Part shown: piece after piece, positions 1 to 10,670 of the stretch
Position numbering within the stretch: the stretch's first letter is position 1
How the letters are laid out: every line of letters starts with the position of its first letter
NCBI RefSeq assembly: GCF_053078305.1
Contig: NZ_CP166879.1
DNA length: 64,000 nucleotides
Strand: one strand, 5' to 3'
Translations under genes and position numbers: made by a program
Notes under the pieces: generated by a model
What the model was told of the DNA's origin: nothing
Databases searched by the model: none
The model's input: the letters and a program-made list of their open reading frames with translations, nothing else

Positions 1-403
1 GGAGTCTTGCCCTGACGGCCTCCAGGTTATTCACCCGGGCTTCACTTTCCCTCAGCATGGCAGAGCTCCGGGTATCATCCAGTGTCAGCAGTACCTGACC
101 TTTCTCAACAATATCGCCTTCCCTGACCTCAAGTGATTTCAGTATACCCGGGTCAAGGGTCTGTATAACCTGCTCCCTGCTGCCGGGAATAATACTCCCC
201 TGACCTCGGGTCACTTCATCCAGAGGACTGTTCCATGCCCAGATAACAAACGTCACTACCAGTACCAGCAGAAAAATCACCATCAGGAAAAGGGCATGAT
301 GCTTTTCCTGCTGAAGAGCTGCCTGTACATCTGTCAACAGCGCCAGGTCTGACTGCCTGACCACCTCTGACGACGCTTTATTCCGTTCCGTTTTTTCTGT
401 CAT
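1..403 (-). CDS. Type I secretion membrane fusion protein (HlyD family), N-terminal part; gene runs off the window start
   Basis: Minus-strand ATG at 403 (plus cat 401-403); translation MTEKTERNKASSEVVRQSDLALL... followed by a single TM segment (LFLMVIFLLVLVVTFVIWAW) and the start of a periplasmic domain, typical of HlyD-type adaptors; lies directly downstream of the ABC transporter gene. Confidence 0.7.
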   Translation of the reverse strand, partial: MTEKTERNKASSEVVRQSDLALLTDVQAALQQEKHHALFLMVIFLLVLVVTFVIWAWNSPLDEVTRGQGSIIPGSREQVIQTLDPGILKSLEVREGDIVEKGQVLLTLDDTRSSAMLRESEARVNNLEAVRARL

Positions 404-462
404 ATCCCTGCGGTCCACAAACTGTTAAACATATCTGCTCTTTTTTCTTATCCGGTTGACGT

Positions 463-2610
463 TCAGGAAGCTGCCGGTCTGCTCTCTTCACTCTGCTGTT
501 TCCCTGACAGTCTTTTCAGTATTTCATCACGGGGACCGTCCATCATTACCCGCCCTTCATTCATCACGACAATACGGTCAACAATATTCAGAACCTGCAG
601 ACGATGTGTCACCACCACCATTGTGCGTCCCCGGCTCCAGTGGCTCAGACCTTTCAGAACAACAGACTCAGTCTGCAGGTCCAGACCTGTCGTGGGCTCA
701 TCAAGCAGTACCACCCGGGGAGACCCCAGTACCATTCTCGTCAGGGCAACCATCTGCCTCTGTCCTCCTGACAGCCCCTGACCGCCTTCCCCTGTCTGCA
801 TATCAAGTCCGCGGGGATGATGCCGGATAAAACGGTCAAACCCGAAACGTCCGGCTGCATTAATCATATCCACATCCGACAGGCTTCCCGGCAGACGCGA
901 AAGCTGCAGATTTTCACGCAGAGTTCCCAGAAAAAGCCGGGGATTCTGTTCCAGAAGAAACACTTTATCCCGGACAAAACAGGGGTCCAGTTGCTGCATC
1001 GCAACCCCGTCAAGAGTAATTTGTCCCCTGTTCTGACGGTACAGCCCCACCATCATTTTCAGCAGCGTCGATTTACCACAACCTATTGAGCCAATAATAC
1101 CCACCCGCTCTCCGGGCCGGATACAGAGCGACAAACCGCACAATGCGTCGGGTAATCCGGGCTTATAAGAAAAGGAGACATCACTGAAACGAAACTCTCC
1201 CTGGATATCCTTCACTGTCAGATAATGTGTCTGACTTTCCCGCTCCACCGGACGGCGGACAATGTCATTCACCCCCTGCATGGCCAGGCGGGCCTGCTGA
1301 AAACGGGTGGCCAGTGATGCTATCTGACCAAGCGGTGCCAGCGCACGACCGGAAAGAATAACTGCGGCAATCAGTGCCCCCATGGTGATTCGGTTATGTG
1401 GGTCATCACTGTGAATAAGGTACGTCCCCAGAATGACCAGCAGAACAGTATTCAGTTGCTGAACTGCTGTGGAAAAGCAGATTATGACATTACTGGTATT
1501 TTTTACCCGTATGGACGAGCGGGCGACACTGGCTGTATATCCATCCCAGCGGCGCTGGACCCAGTTAACTGCATTATTCAGCTTCAGGGTTTCTATTCCG
1601 TCCAGTGCCTCCACAAGTAATCCCTGGCGCTGCGATGATTCCCGCATGGAGGCATTAATATGACGCGAAAGCGGTCGCTGCAGTAATATTCCTGCCAGAA
1701 TCACCAGCGGAACCAGTGTAAGAGGAACAACAGCAAGCCAGCCCCCCACAAGCCCGATGACACCAATGAAAAGCAGGATAAACGGCAAATCCACAAAAGC
1801 CAGCAGCGTGGCGCTGGTCATAAACTCCCTGACAGACTCATATTCCCGCAAATTGCTGGCGTATGAACCGGAAGACGCCGGCCTGTCCGACATTTTCACT
1901 GCCATCACCCGCCTTAACAGTGCTGAGCTGATAATCAGGTCTGCCTTCTTACCCGCAATATCCGTCAGATAGCTCCGGATTAACTTTGCAGCACACTCAA
2001 ACAGAACGGCTGCAATCACCCCGATACTCAGCATCCATAACGTTTCCCAGGAGCGATTGGGTATGACCCGGTCATAAACGTTCATGACATACAGGGAACT
2101 GACCAGCGCAAGAAAGTTAATGATAAAACTCGCAAGAATGACCTGTCCGTAATATGGCCTGAACCGCCACAGTACCCGCCAGAACCATGCCCCGGTCATG
2201 TCATACTCCGGCAGTTCCGAACGGCGATCCTGTGTTGCCTGTGGCTGAACAAACCAGCAGTAACCTGAATAAACAGCCATTAATTCATCGTGAGAAAGTG
2301 TCTTACGGAGTCCCCCGGGCTGGAGTACATGATACTGCCGGGCCAGGCCGGCACCCTCAATACGCACCACCACAATGGCTTCCTGTGCATTCAGTAAAAG
2401 AAGCACAGGAACCGCAAGTGAAGGAATATCTTCCGGAGCCCGCCGGGAAAGATGATTATCGAACCCTTCACTGCGAAGAAACTCGCCAACAGAACGAAAA
2501 TCAATCCCGGAGACATCTGTCCGGACTGTACCGGCAGCCAGCGTCTCAGCAGATACAGGTGTACCCAGTAATGCCGTTACCTGTGATAATCCTTCAAAAA
2601 TACTCTTCAC
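463..2610 (-). CDS. Type I secretion ABC transporter (permease/ATPase) with N-terminal C39-like domain lacking the catalytic cysteine
   Basis: 715 aa; Walker A GSIGCGKST, ABC signature LSGGQRQ, Walker B VLLDEPT; six-TM core; no Cys in the first ~120 residues; apparent GTG start with AAGGA upstream. Confidence 0.9.
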   Translation of the reverse strand: MKSIFEGLSQVTALLGTPVSAETLAAGTVRTDVSGIDFRSVGEFLRSEGFDNHLSRRAPEDIPSLAVPVLLLLNAQEAIVVVRIEGAGLARQYHVLQPGGLRKTLSHDELMAVYSGYCWFVQPQATQDRRSELPEYDMTGAWFWRVLWRFRPYYGQVILASFIINFLALVSSLYVMNVYDRVIPNRSWETLWMLSIGVIAAVLFECAAKLIRSYLTDIAGKKADLIISSALLRRVMAVKMSDRPASSGSYASNLREYESVREFMTSATLLAFVDLPFILLFIGVIGLVGGWLAVVPLTLVPLVILAGILLQRPLSRHINASMRESSQRQGLLVEALDGIETLKLNNAVNWVQRRWDGYTASVARSSIRVKNTSNVIICFSTAVQQLNTVLLVILGTYLIHSDDPHNRITMGALIAAVILSGRALAPLGQIASLATRFQQARLAMQGVNDIVRRPVERESQTHYLTVKDIQGEFRFSDVSFSYKPGLPDALCGLSLCIRPGERVGIIGSIGCGKSTLLKMMVGLYRQNRGQITLDGVAMQQLDPCFVRDKVFLLEQNPRLFLGTLRENLQLSRLPGSLSDVDMINAAGRFGFDRFIRHHPRGLDMQTGEGGQGLSGGQRQMVALTRMVLGSPRVVLLDEPTTGLDLQTESVVLKGLSHWSRGRTMVVVTHRLQVLNIVDRIVVMNEGRVMMDGPRDEILKRLSGKQQSEESRPAAS

Positions 2611-2614
2611 TTAT

Positions 2615-3883
2615 TTATCTGTCCTTCTGCCCTGTTACTTTTTCTTCTGCACCAGAAAGATTCACTCCGCTCCATTTCAGGAGCATTCCCTGGGAATACA
2701 GATAATCCAGCATTCCGTGGAGCATCTGATCCTCTGTCTGAACCCGGGAAAGCCCGACGCTGTACAGTTCGTTTTCTGCATTCAGTAATTCAATCAGTGT
2801 TTTTCTTGCCACCCGGAACTGAAGACGATAAAAGTCCACAACTCTGGCAGAGGCCTGCTCCTGACGTCTGAGCGTTTCCATTTCCATCCGACTTTGTCTG
2901 ACCGTTATCAGCGATAATCGTCCGGTTTCATCAATCATTCGGGCAACAGAGTCCAGTCGTCCGGTAGCTGCAGCTATCTGCGCGGCCTTTTCACTGACAC
3001 CATAACTGGCATTACGGTTGAACAGGTCCCAGGACAGACTGACACCTATCTGCCTGTCATCCCGGGTCACTGATCCCGTTAAATCCACCCGGGGATACCG
3101 GGCAAGCTCCTGCGCTTTCAGCGCCGCTTTTTTACTCTCTACATCAGCCTGACTGGCAAGCCACGACGGATTCCCTTTCTGAGGCGTCTGCGTAAAATCA
3201 GTTAACAATCTGGACTCTGTCATCCGGGAAAAAGGATTTTCAAGATCGGCTTCGGTTACCGGATTTGTGGTCCAGGTCGAAAGTTTTCCCAGCGTGGTTT
3301 TGAGCACTCGGGTGCGGGTATTTATCTGCTGCCGGACCATCAGCCTGCGGGCTTCGGCCTGAACAAATTCAGATTCCCGCCCGGTATCGTGAATACTGAT
3401 GGTGTTAAGATCATTAAGAATTGCGTTATGCCGGGAGAGACTCTGTTCAAGTACCGCAATGGATTGCTTTTCCCTTAGCGCATCAAGATATAATGAAACA
3501 AAGGAGCGAATTGTTTCCTCGCCAGCCTCATCAACTTTATAACGGTAATACTCGGCTTCCGACTCACTCCGGCTGACATCCGCCTCAATAGCTCCCGAAG
3601 CGAATATATTCATTTCACCGCGGATACCGGGCAAAATATCTTCAGAGTCGTAGTCATAGTCGTAGCGGTGACTCTGGGAAAGGAGTTTACTGCCTGTTGC
3701 TGTGACGACCGGCCAGTGTGCTGAACGAGCCTGCTCCACACGGGAACGGGCAGAGGTGGCTTCTGCCCTTGCCTCCATCACTGATGGATCATGAATGAGA
3801 GCATCCCTCAGGAGGGCCGGCAGTGGAGAAGCGAACACGTTGTGGACAGAGAAAAGAAAACAGAAAGATAATATTCTCTTCAC
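2615..3883 (-). CDS. TolC-family outer membrane factor of the type I secretion system
   Basis: 422 aa with N-terminal signal peptide; encoded immediately upstream of, and tightly coupled to, the ABC transporter gene; GTG start preceded by GGAGG. Confidence 0.75.
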   Translation of the reverse strand: MKRILSFCFLFSVHNVFASPLPALLRDALIHDPSVMEARAEATSARSRVEQARSAHWPVVTATGSKLLSQSHRYDYDYDSEDILPGIRGEMNIFASGAIEADVSRSESEAEYYRYKVDEAGEETIRSFVSLYLDALREKQSIAVLEQSLSRHNAILNDLNTISIHDTGRESEFVQAEARRLMVRQQINTRTRVLKTTLGKLSTWTTNPVTEADLENPFSRMTESRLLTDFTQTPQKGNPSWLASQADVESKKAALKAQELARYPRVDLTGSVTRDDRQIGVSLSWDLFNRNASYGVSEKAAQIAAATGRLDSVARMIDETGRLSLITVRQSRMEMETLRRQEQASARVVDFYRLQFRVARKTLIELLNAENELYSVGLSRVQTEDQMLHGMLDYLYSQGMLLKWSGVNLSGAEEKVTGQKDR

Positions 3884-4564
3884 CCGAACCTCCGGGACAC
3901 GCGGGAAATATAATCAGGCATCATGATGCAACCGGGTAAAATATTGAGTAAAATTGAAATGCAGAGACACCGGAATTGATCCAAGCTACCGCCATTATCT
4001 TCCGCGCTGACAGAAGATAATAAAAATGTGAGATACTTCAATTTTATTGAAAACCTGAAAAACCCTTACAATCCTTGCAGTTTATGAAGAAAATTTTCAC
4101 AAAGTAAATTTAAAAATAAACAAATTAAATGTAATATAATCGGGGGAGGATTAACCATCGATGATTGCCGGAACAAAAAACAATATAAACCAACAAGATA
4201 GAAAATCATCACAACAAAGGGAAAGGTCTGTAGATAAAGAGTGGGATGGACTTCTTACTTCATATCACATAATTGATATTTTTTATCCTGCAAACTCCAA
4301 CGGCATTATGTATGACTTAGCCTCAGGCAATTATCACAGGCAAAAAAACAATATATTGTAAGCTTCATAGAATTTGGAACTTTATATAATAAATAATTCT
4401 GAGTTTTTTATCACCATTATATTAACAAAATTAATGTATTCCAGAGATTTCACATTAGTCTCCAATTTTTCAGAAGAATCTATTTACCTGGCAGGAAAAG
4501 TCATCTGGTGTTTCGCCGGAGTGAGGGGTACAGGCAATAGCGGACATAACCATTTGTTCTTTTT

Positions 4565-5300
4565 CTAAGCAGCCATCTGATAATATTTTATCCTGAAGGC
4601 TGTCGGGGAGATATTCCCCAGACGAGAGTGACGACGCTGACGATTGTAGAAAATCTCAATGTATTCCCGTATTACTGAGATGGCCTCATCCCGGCTTTTA
4701 AAACGATAGTGGCTCAGACTTTCATTTTTCAGCGTTCCCCAGAAGCTTTCCATCGGAGCATTGTCGTAACAGTTAACTTTACGCGACATTGATATTTTCA
4801 GACCAAACTGCTCCTGTATGGCCCTGTAATCGTATGCGCAGTACTGTGAACCACGATCGGAGTGGTGGATTAGCCCGGTAGGTGAGCGCTGGTTCCTGAG
4901 CGCCATAAACAGGGCTTTACCTGTCAGCTCTTTTGTCATGCGCTCTCCCATGGCGTAGCCGACAATTTCGCACGTATAAACATCTTTGACGCCAGCGATA
5001 TACAGCCATCCTTCCGGGGGGCAACATACGTTATATCTGCAACCAAGACCTGATTAGGTGCTGTAGGCGTAAAGTTCTGATTCAGGAGATTCGGCGCAAC
5101 CGGCAGATTGTGACCAGAGTTCGTGTTCGCCCTGAACTTGCGTTTCAGCTTACAGTGCAGCCTCAGCTCCTTACGAAGACGTGCCAGTCTGTCACGACCG
5201 ACGATAATTCCGTTATCTGCCAGCTCCGTCTGGAGCAGCTAGGTTCCATATGTTTCGCGTGTGCGGATATGTGCCACCTTAATCTCCAGTTTTAGCCGCT
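4565..5300 (-). mobile_element. IS3-family insertion sequence remnant (transposase OrfB C-terminal fragment, upstream frame broken)
   Basis: ORF 4565..4951 encodes an integrase-core C-terminus (HHSDRGSQY...CYDNAPMESFWGTLK...FYNRQRRHSRLG); no intact orfA or continuous orfB upstream; right boundary approximate. Confidence 0.6.
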
Positions 5301-5503
5301 CATCACTTTGTTTTCTGTCTGAGGGTCATGCTGTACTCAGTCGTAATAACCGATCCTGTATACACCAAGTACCCGACACATCGCTTCAATACATAATCGC
5401 ATCTGAATCGTTCACCGATTCGCGGCATTTTTCAAGGTAGTTGTCGCCATTGTTCGACTAACTGATCGACATTACAGCCTAGAGCCTAGCTGGGGGCTGT
5501 GCA

Positions 5504-5530
5504 CAAAAAAGCCCCGGACATTCCGGGGCT
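5504..5530 (-). terminator. Rho-independent terminator downstream of the lipoprotein gene
   Basis: Minus-strand hairpin AGCCCCGG-AATG-CCGGGGCT followed by TTTTTTG, just 3' of the stop at 5541. Confidence 0.6.
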
Positions 5531-5540
5531 ACACTGCATA

Positions 5541-6314
5541 TTAACGAACGCTCTGTCCGGTTATTTCAACCCTGCGGTTGGGGCGCAGACATTCCTTCAG
5601 TGCTTCGCCCTCCACATCCGGGCAGAACACCACTGGTGCATCATATCCACGGCCCGTTGCATGTATCCTTTCAGCCCTGAATCCCCGGGCAATAAACCAC
5701 CCCCTGACTGATTCCGCCCGTTTCTCTGACAGGAGCCGGTTATACGCCTGCCCGCCAAGATGGTCCGTAAATCCTTCTATCTTCACCCCGACAACATGAC
5801 CCGCCTGAAACTTCTCTGCCACACGGGAAAGTGCATCACGCCCCCTCTCTGTCAGAGTCCATGAATCAAAATCAAATAATATATCACCGGGGACTGACTC
5901 CCTGTATTCTGCTGTCTCTGCCTCCGGCAGACAGTTTTCCGGCTTCCAGTAGAAAGAGCGGGCATCCATGTTCCGGTCAAACAGTATCTTGTACTGGCAG
6001 GTATAATCCCCCTCCGGTCCGGTAAAGTTGAACAGGTAATCCCATTCCCTTACACCAGACATCCCTTCAGCAAAGTGTGGTCTCCCCGCCAGCTGATAAA
6101 TCTGGTCCTTATTCATACCCGCCTTTATCTGACGTAACTTTTCTGGCAGTGGCCACGAACCTTTCTGTGTTCCGTCATGATTAAACTTCACCTTCTCCGG
6201 AGAAGGCCATACCACTTCTTCCGTCGTTCCTTCATCCGTGACATGACTCAGATTTCCACATCCTGCAAGCATCAGGGACAGCACACCCGTCATCATCATT
6301 CGACTAAATAACAT
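5541..6314 (-). CDS. Outer membrane lipoprotein with BamE/SmpA-like N-terminal domain and OmpA-type peptidoglycan-binding C-terminal domain
   Basis: Lipobox LMLAGC; OmpA-like motifs (GFTDHLGGQAYNRLLSEKRAESV, NRRVEI); AAGGAG RBS; sits 25 bp downstream of the adhesin gene on the same strand. Confidence 0.8.
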   Translation of the reverse strand: MLFSRMMMTGVLSLMLAGCGNLSHVTDEGTTEEVVWPSPEKVKFNHDGTQKGSWPLPEKLRQIKAGMNKDQIYQLAGRPHFAEGMSGVREWDYLFNFTGPEGDYTCQYKILFDRNMDARSFYWKPENCLPEAETAEYRESVPGDILFDFDSWTLTERGRDALSRVAEKFQAGHVVGVKIEGFTDHLGGQAYNRLLSEKRAESVRGWFIARGFRAERIHATGRGYDAPVVFCPDVEGEALKECLRPNRRVEITGQSVR

Positions 6315-6338
6315 TACATTTCTCCTTGCTTTTCCCTG

Positions 6339-9300
6339 TTACCACTGCCAGCCCACACCGGCACCGACGGAGAAATTACCCCGGGTGTTCTGACCTGCAT
6401 TCAGTTTCATTATCATCTTACCGTTATCGGAGATTCGGGACACACCTATTGCAATGGCGCTTTCACCACCATATCCACCGACACCCAGCCCCATCAGACT
6501 TTTACCCGGCAGATAGGCCTGAGGTATCCCGCTCATGGCCGCAGCCGATGCGCCAACACCACGGATATCCCGGTTAAGCTCTTCCACCCGGTAGCTCAGC
6601 TGACTGAATTTATTCCCGAGAGTGTTTATCGCCTGTGTATTTCCGGCAACCTGACGGTTAGTTGCATGCAACTGACTGCCATTGACGGCATCCGTTGAAT
6701 TCGCAGACAACACACCCGGTGCCACTGACTGCAGCTGACGCTCCTGTCCCGGCTGACCAAAAGAAACCACCGCAGTATCACTTCCGGTACGTCCCGCAAC
6801 AGCCTGACCGTTCAGGGCATAAGTCCCGGTATTCGCGCGGCCAGCACGGGCATGGCTGCCAACTGCAACAGAGCCGGCAGCAGCCTGACGCGTGACTTCA
6901 GCACCATTACCCATGGCAATGCTGTTTTGTCCCCGGGAAACGGCTCCCTGTCCGACAGCAATGCTGTCACGTCCTTCCGCTTTTGCTGCCTGACCGGAAG
7001 AGGCTGCTTTAAAATACTTCGTGCCTTCACGGTTCAGCATATTCACTGCATCAGCCACATTATCCGGTGTTTTATGTACACCACCATTCACCGTTGTCTT
7101 ACCGCCACCTGCAGTTGTCAGCTCACTGAAGGTGTCAGGAGCCAGCGCTGCTTTTCCGTCTTTCCAGACAACATTATCACCGCCAGCAATTCTGGCTGCA
7201 GATGCCAGCTGGCTCCCGTTAACCGCATCCGTGGATACCGGTGACACATTTCCGGCCGCCACATTTGTCAGAACAAGAGGCTGCTCACTGCTTATTCTGA
7301 CACGGGCCGGCTCAGCCGGCGTCATTGTCAGTTTCCCGGTCGCAGCATCTTCGGTCTGTGTGTAAAAACGACCTCCAATATTGACAAGCGGGTTCCCCTG
7401 GCTGTCGGTGTACTCCACCGGAATCCCCGTCACATCAATCTCATAGCTGTAATTTCCCTTGTCATCCTTACTGATGGCTGAAACCCGGGTATTCTGTCCG
7501 TGGCGGACTTCAACTGTCTGGGAAGAAACAGCAACAGCCTCATCACCGGATTCAGTCTTCAGTGCCCAGGTCGTTGCTGCCGTTGCCTGACTGATTTCAC
7601 GGTTCAGTTGTGAAACGTTAACGGCGTCCTGGTCATTCACCCCGTCTTTCACGCCGGAAATAACCCGGCCAGCCGCATCAATACCGTTCACAGTCACTGA
7701 CGGGCCATCCTTGATGGTCAGCCCGTTTTTATCCATCCGGGTTCCGCCGACAGAAACGCTGCCGTCATCTCCCAGGCGAATGTTATCAGCGAGTCTGACC
7801 GTCAGGCTCCCGTTCTGAACAGTCGTGCTGATATTCTGCCCGTCACCACCAACCGTGATATGCTTCCCGAGAGACGTGTTCACCTTGCTTCCGTCATCCG
7901 CCTGCAGACCAAAGCCGGTATTCACCAGTGCCGCACTGCTGTCACGGAGAGCATTTTTCAGGTCACCGATATTGGCCGCATTATTCAGAACATCTCCACC
8001 GGCGTCAGCAAGCGCAGTGCCGTTCAGACCACTGGCCACACTGGTTATCTGATTTCCACCGTTATTCAGGCCGGAGCCGGTAAGGGAAACCGTATTCCCC
8101 TGACCACCGCCCGCAGCAGGTGTTGTGATTGTGATGCCTTTATCATTAACTGTTGTTATCTGCCCACCTGTACCAAAAACCGCGCTGGCCAAATCACGGA
8201 GGTTTCTGGTCATCCTCACCAGAAGCCCGCCATTATCATTATCAACCCGGATATTGCCGTCAGTCACTTCAGCATTCTTCTCTGCACCACCTTTGATGGT
8301 CAGTTTTTCATTCAGTTTTTTATGAATAACCTTTCCGTCATCACCCTCAAAAGAAAGACCGTCATTCATGGTCGCCAGCTCTTCTGCCGGTGATTTTCCA
8401 TCCGGGGTATAAGTCAGACGTGTCTTCGTGGTACCGGCAGCATCTGTTAATCCACCTTTGCCTGCATTAACAGCAATGGTTGCTGACGCAGACTTTCCAC
8501 CCGCAGCAGGCGAGGATGTCAGTTTAATCGTGCCATCCTGACCATTCAGACTCACAGCCTCCTTACCATCAGCCCCGTTAACTTTGATGCTGCCGGGAGT
8601 ATTATTGCTCCCAACGCTCAGGTCATTATTCAGGGATATTTTTAACCCCTTATCCCCATTGGTGATGGCTGTGGTGGTGATATTGCTGTCCCCGGATACT
8701 TTAATCGCCTGCCCAAGAGACTGTTTCACTTCCTTATCATCAGAGTCTTTCAGTGCGAAACCTGCACCCTGCATACTGGAGGACACACCATCAATTGCCG
8801 TTTTCAGGTCTGCAACACTGGCGGCATTTTTCATCTCTTTATCAGTATTCGTTAACGTCGAAAGTTCCTTACCTTCCAGTCCACTTGCCACACCACTGAT
8901 AACAACACCATTTTGTCCGGCACCATTACCGCCTGACAATGTCAGCTTATTACCTTCGGATGAGAGCGTTACACTTCCGTTATTTCCTTTTCCATTCAGC
9001 TGAACACTGCTGAATGACGGAGTATCAATAACAGAGAATGTAAAATCACCACCACTTTGTTTCACGCTGAGATTTTTACCGGCTTTCAGCGTAACCATAT
9101 CACCGGGTTTTATCAGTGTTTCTGTTCCCTGACCATTTCCCTCGATAACACCACCGGTATCTTTATCCGCTTTAATTTTCCAGCCAGACTGGTTTATGGC
9201 ATCAGCAATGTTTTTCGCAGTAACAAGTTTATCGCCATCACCATTGTTTACTGTAATCTTCCCGTTACCACCATTTACAGGCAACGAAGCTGTCTCTGCT

Positions 9301-10670
9301 GAAATCTCCAGTTTATCTCCAGCCACCTGGGTTTTTATTGGGCCTTTGCCAGTGATTTCGACATTGTCACCAAGACTCTTCGTCAGCGTCTTACCATCTC
9401 CACCTTTAATTTTGATGGCATCATTTTTTATTTCATTTTTCAGCGTTGTTCCGTCAATCGTCATTCCTTTATCATTAACAGTAACTGCAATATCTCCATC
9501 ACCTTTAACAGTTAAAGTGTTACCATTCTTATTATCCTTCCCACCATTAATAGTCGCAGAACCTCCCTTATCATCCTTTAGCGTCCACGTCGGATTAATG
9601 GCATCAAGGTCATCTTTCAGTGTCTTCGCTATCGCATATAACTGACTACCGTTAATGGCATCTGTACTTGTGTCAGAAATCGCACCCGCCCCCACGTTAA
9701 CAATCTGACGCTCTTTACCCGCATCACCAACAGATACTACTGATGCTGCGTTATTTCCGGCAAAGCCACTATATGTGACTTCCGCGCCTCTTTTAGTTCT
9801 GACCTTAGCCTCTGTTACTTTTTGTGCCTGCTTATCCCTGGAGTCAGCGCCGATGGACACGTTCCCCTTTGCGACAGTAACGGTTGCTCCATGCCCCAGG
9901 GCAACCGTTTCATTCTGAGCGGCATTTGCCTCTGAACCAACAGCAAGAGCATCGTTTTTATTTGCAGAGGACTGACTACCAACGGCCAGAGCATTACCGG
10001 CATTAGCCAGCGCATTAAAACCAACCGCAGTCGCCATATCCCCTTTAGCTTCCGCCGTGGCTCCAATTGCATTCGAGGCCATCCCCTCAGCAGAACTCAC
10101 CGAACCAAGCGATACTGACAATTCGCCTTTAGCAAAAGTTCTGCTGCCCAGCGCAATACTGCCATCCCCCTGCGCTTCCGATGCAAGATAGCCATTCTCT
10201 ATTTTTTCCCGACCATAAGTCTTACCATGCAAAGGAGTTAAATCATCCCCACCAATAACAATAGCCCCCCATCCGGTAGCTTTGGTATCGCCACCTATTG
10301 CAATTGACTGTTCTTTAGTTGCTTTCGTTTTCGCTCCTATCGCAATAGACTCGCCTGTGTACAAACCTTCCTTCGTGCTAATGTCACCTCCAGCCTCTGC
10401 ACTGGTACCAATCGCGATAGAGTTACGTCCTTCAGCCACCGGTGATTTATGGTCGAAATTAATTCCCTTTGATTCATCTTTTGCTGTAAATTTCGTTGTA
10501 CCTATTTCAATGCTCTTCCAGTCATCGCCATAGACATCATGGCCAAGGCTGGTTTCATCAACTTCAACAGTTAACTTATTTGTATCTGCCTGAGCACTGA
10601 CCTGTGATATGGATGCCGGATTAAGAACAAGTGATATGGCTATACAGATATGTTTTTTTCTGAGGTTCAT
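6339..10670 (-). CDS. Trimeric autotransporter adhesin (type Vc, YadA-like anchor)
   Basis: 1443 aa from ATG at 10670 (AAGGAG RBS); repeated neck/head motifs (DAINGSQL, DAVNGSQL, NVSQLN); C-terminal anchor ending GNFSVGAGVGWQW. Confidence 0.9.
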   Translation of the reverse strand: MNLRKKHICIAISLVLNPASISQVSAQADTNKLTVEVDETSLGHDVYGDDWKSIEIGTTKFTAKDESKGINFDHKSPVAEGRNSIAIGTSAEAGGDISTKEGLYTGESIAIGAKTKATKEQSIAIGGDTKATGWGAIVIGGDDLTPLHGKTYGREKIENGYLASEAQGDGSIALGSRTFAKGELSVSLGSVSSAEGMASNAIGATAEAKGDMATAVGFNALANAGNALAVGSQSSANKNDALAVGSEANAAQNETVALGHGATVTVAKGNVSIGADSRDKQAQKVTEAKVRTKRGAEVTYSGFAGNNAASVVSVGDAGKERQIVNVGAGAISDTSTDAINGSQLYAIAKTLKDDLDAINPTWTLKDDKGGSATINGGKDNKNGNTLTVKGDGDIAVTVNDKGMTIDGTTLKNEIKNDAIKIKGGDGKTLTKSLGDNVEITGKGPIKTQVAGDKLEISAETASLPVNGGNGKITVNNGDGDKLVTAKNIADAINQSGWKIKADKDTGGVIEGNGQGTETLIKPGDMVTLKAGKNLSVKQSGGDFTFSVIDTPSFSSVQLNGKGNNGSVTLSSEGNKLTLSGGNGAGQNGVVISGVASGLEGKELSTLTNTDKEMKNAASVADLKTAIDGVSSSMQGAGFALKDSDDKEVKQSLGQAIKVSGDSNITTTAITNGDKGLKISLNNDLSVGSNNTPGSIKVNGADGKEAVSLNGQDGTIKLTSSPAAGGKSASATIAVNAGKGGLTDAAGTTKTRLTYTPDGKSPAEELATMNDGLSFEGDDGKVIHKKLNEKLTIKGGAEKNAEVTDGNIRVDNDNGGLLVRMTRNLRDLASAVFGTGGQITTVNDKGITITTPAAGGGQGNTVSLTGSGLNNGGNQITSVASGLNGTALADAGGDVLNNAANIGDLKNALRDSSAALVNTGFGLQADDGSKVNTSLGKHITVGGDGQNISTTVQNGSLTVRLADNIRLGDDGSVSVGGTRMDKNGLTIKDGPSVTVNGIDAAGRVISGVKDGVNDQDAVNVSQLNREISQATAATTWALKTESGDEAVAVSSQTVEVRHGQNTRVSAISKDDKGNYSYEIDVTGIPVEYTDSQGNPLVNIGGRFYTQTEDAATGKLTMTPAEPARVRISSEQPLVLTNVAAGNVSPVSTDAVNGSQLASAARIAGGDNVVWKDGKAALAPDTFSELTTAGGGKTTVNGGVHKTPDNVADAVNMLNREGTKYFKAASSGQAAKAEGRDSIAVGQGAVSRGQNSIAMGNGAEVTRQAAAGSVAVGSHARAGRANTGTYALNGQAVAGRTGSDTAVVSFGQPGQERQLQSVAPGVLSANSTDAVNGSQLHATNRQVAGNTQAINTLGNKFSQLSYRVEELNRDIRGVGASAAAMSGIPQAYLPGKSLMGLGVGGYGGESAIAIGVSRISDNGKMIMKLNAGQNTRGNFSVGAGVGWQW

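Noticed and set aside
456-2705. Plus-strand ORFs 456..830, 817..1089, 1396..1620, 1469..1663, 1757..1972 and 2187..2705
   Set aside because: All overlap the T1SS ABC transporter gene on the opposite strand and have no RBS or domain support
4161-4568. Small plus-strand ORFs 4161..4361 and 4374..4568 in the AT-rich region upstream of the TolC-like gene
   Set aside because: AT-rich intergenic/promoter sequence with Asn/Ile/Lys-rich translations; no RBS or homology support
6695-10533. Numerous plus-strand ORFs (for example 6852..7244, 7021..7365, 7860..8393, 8584..9003, 9196..9645, 10282..10533) and minus-strand ORFs 6812..7030 and 9815..10072 inside the adhesin gene
   Set aside because: They are antisense or out of frame within a long, well-supported repetitive coding region; their low-complexity Ser/Pro/Leu-rich translations are typical frame artefacts
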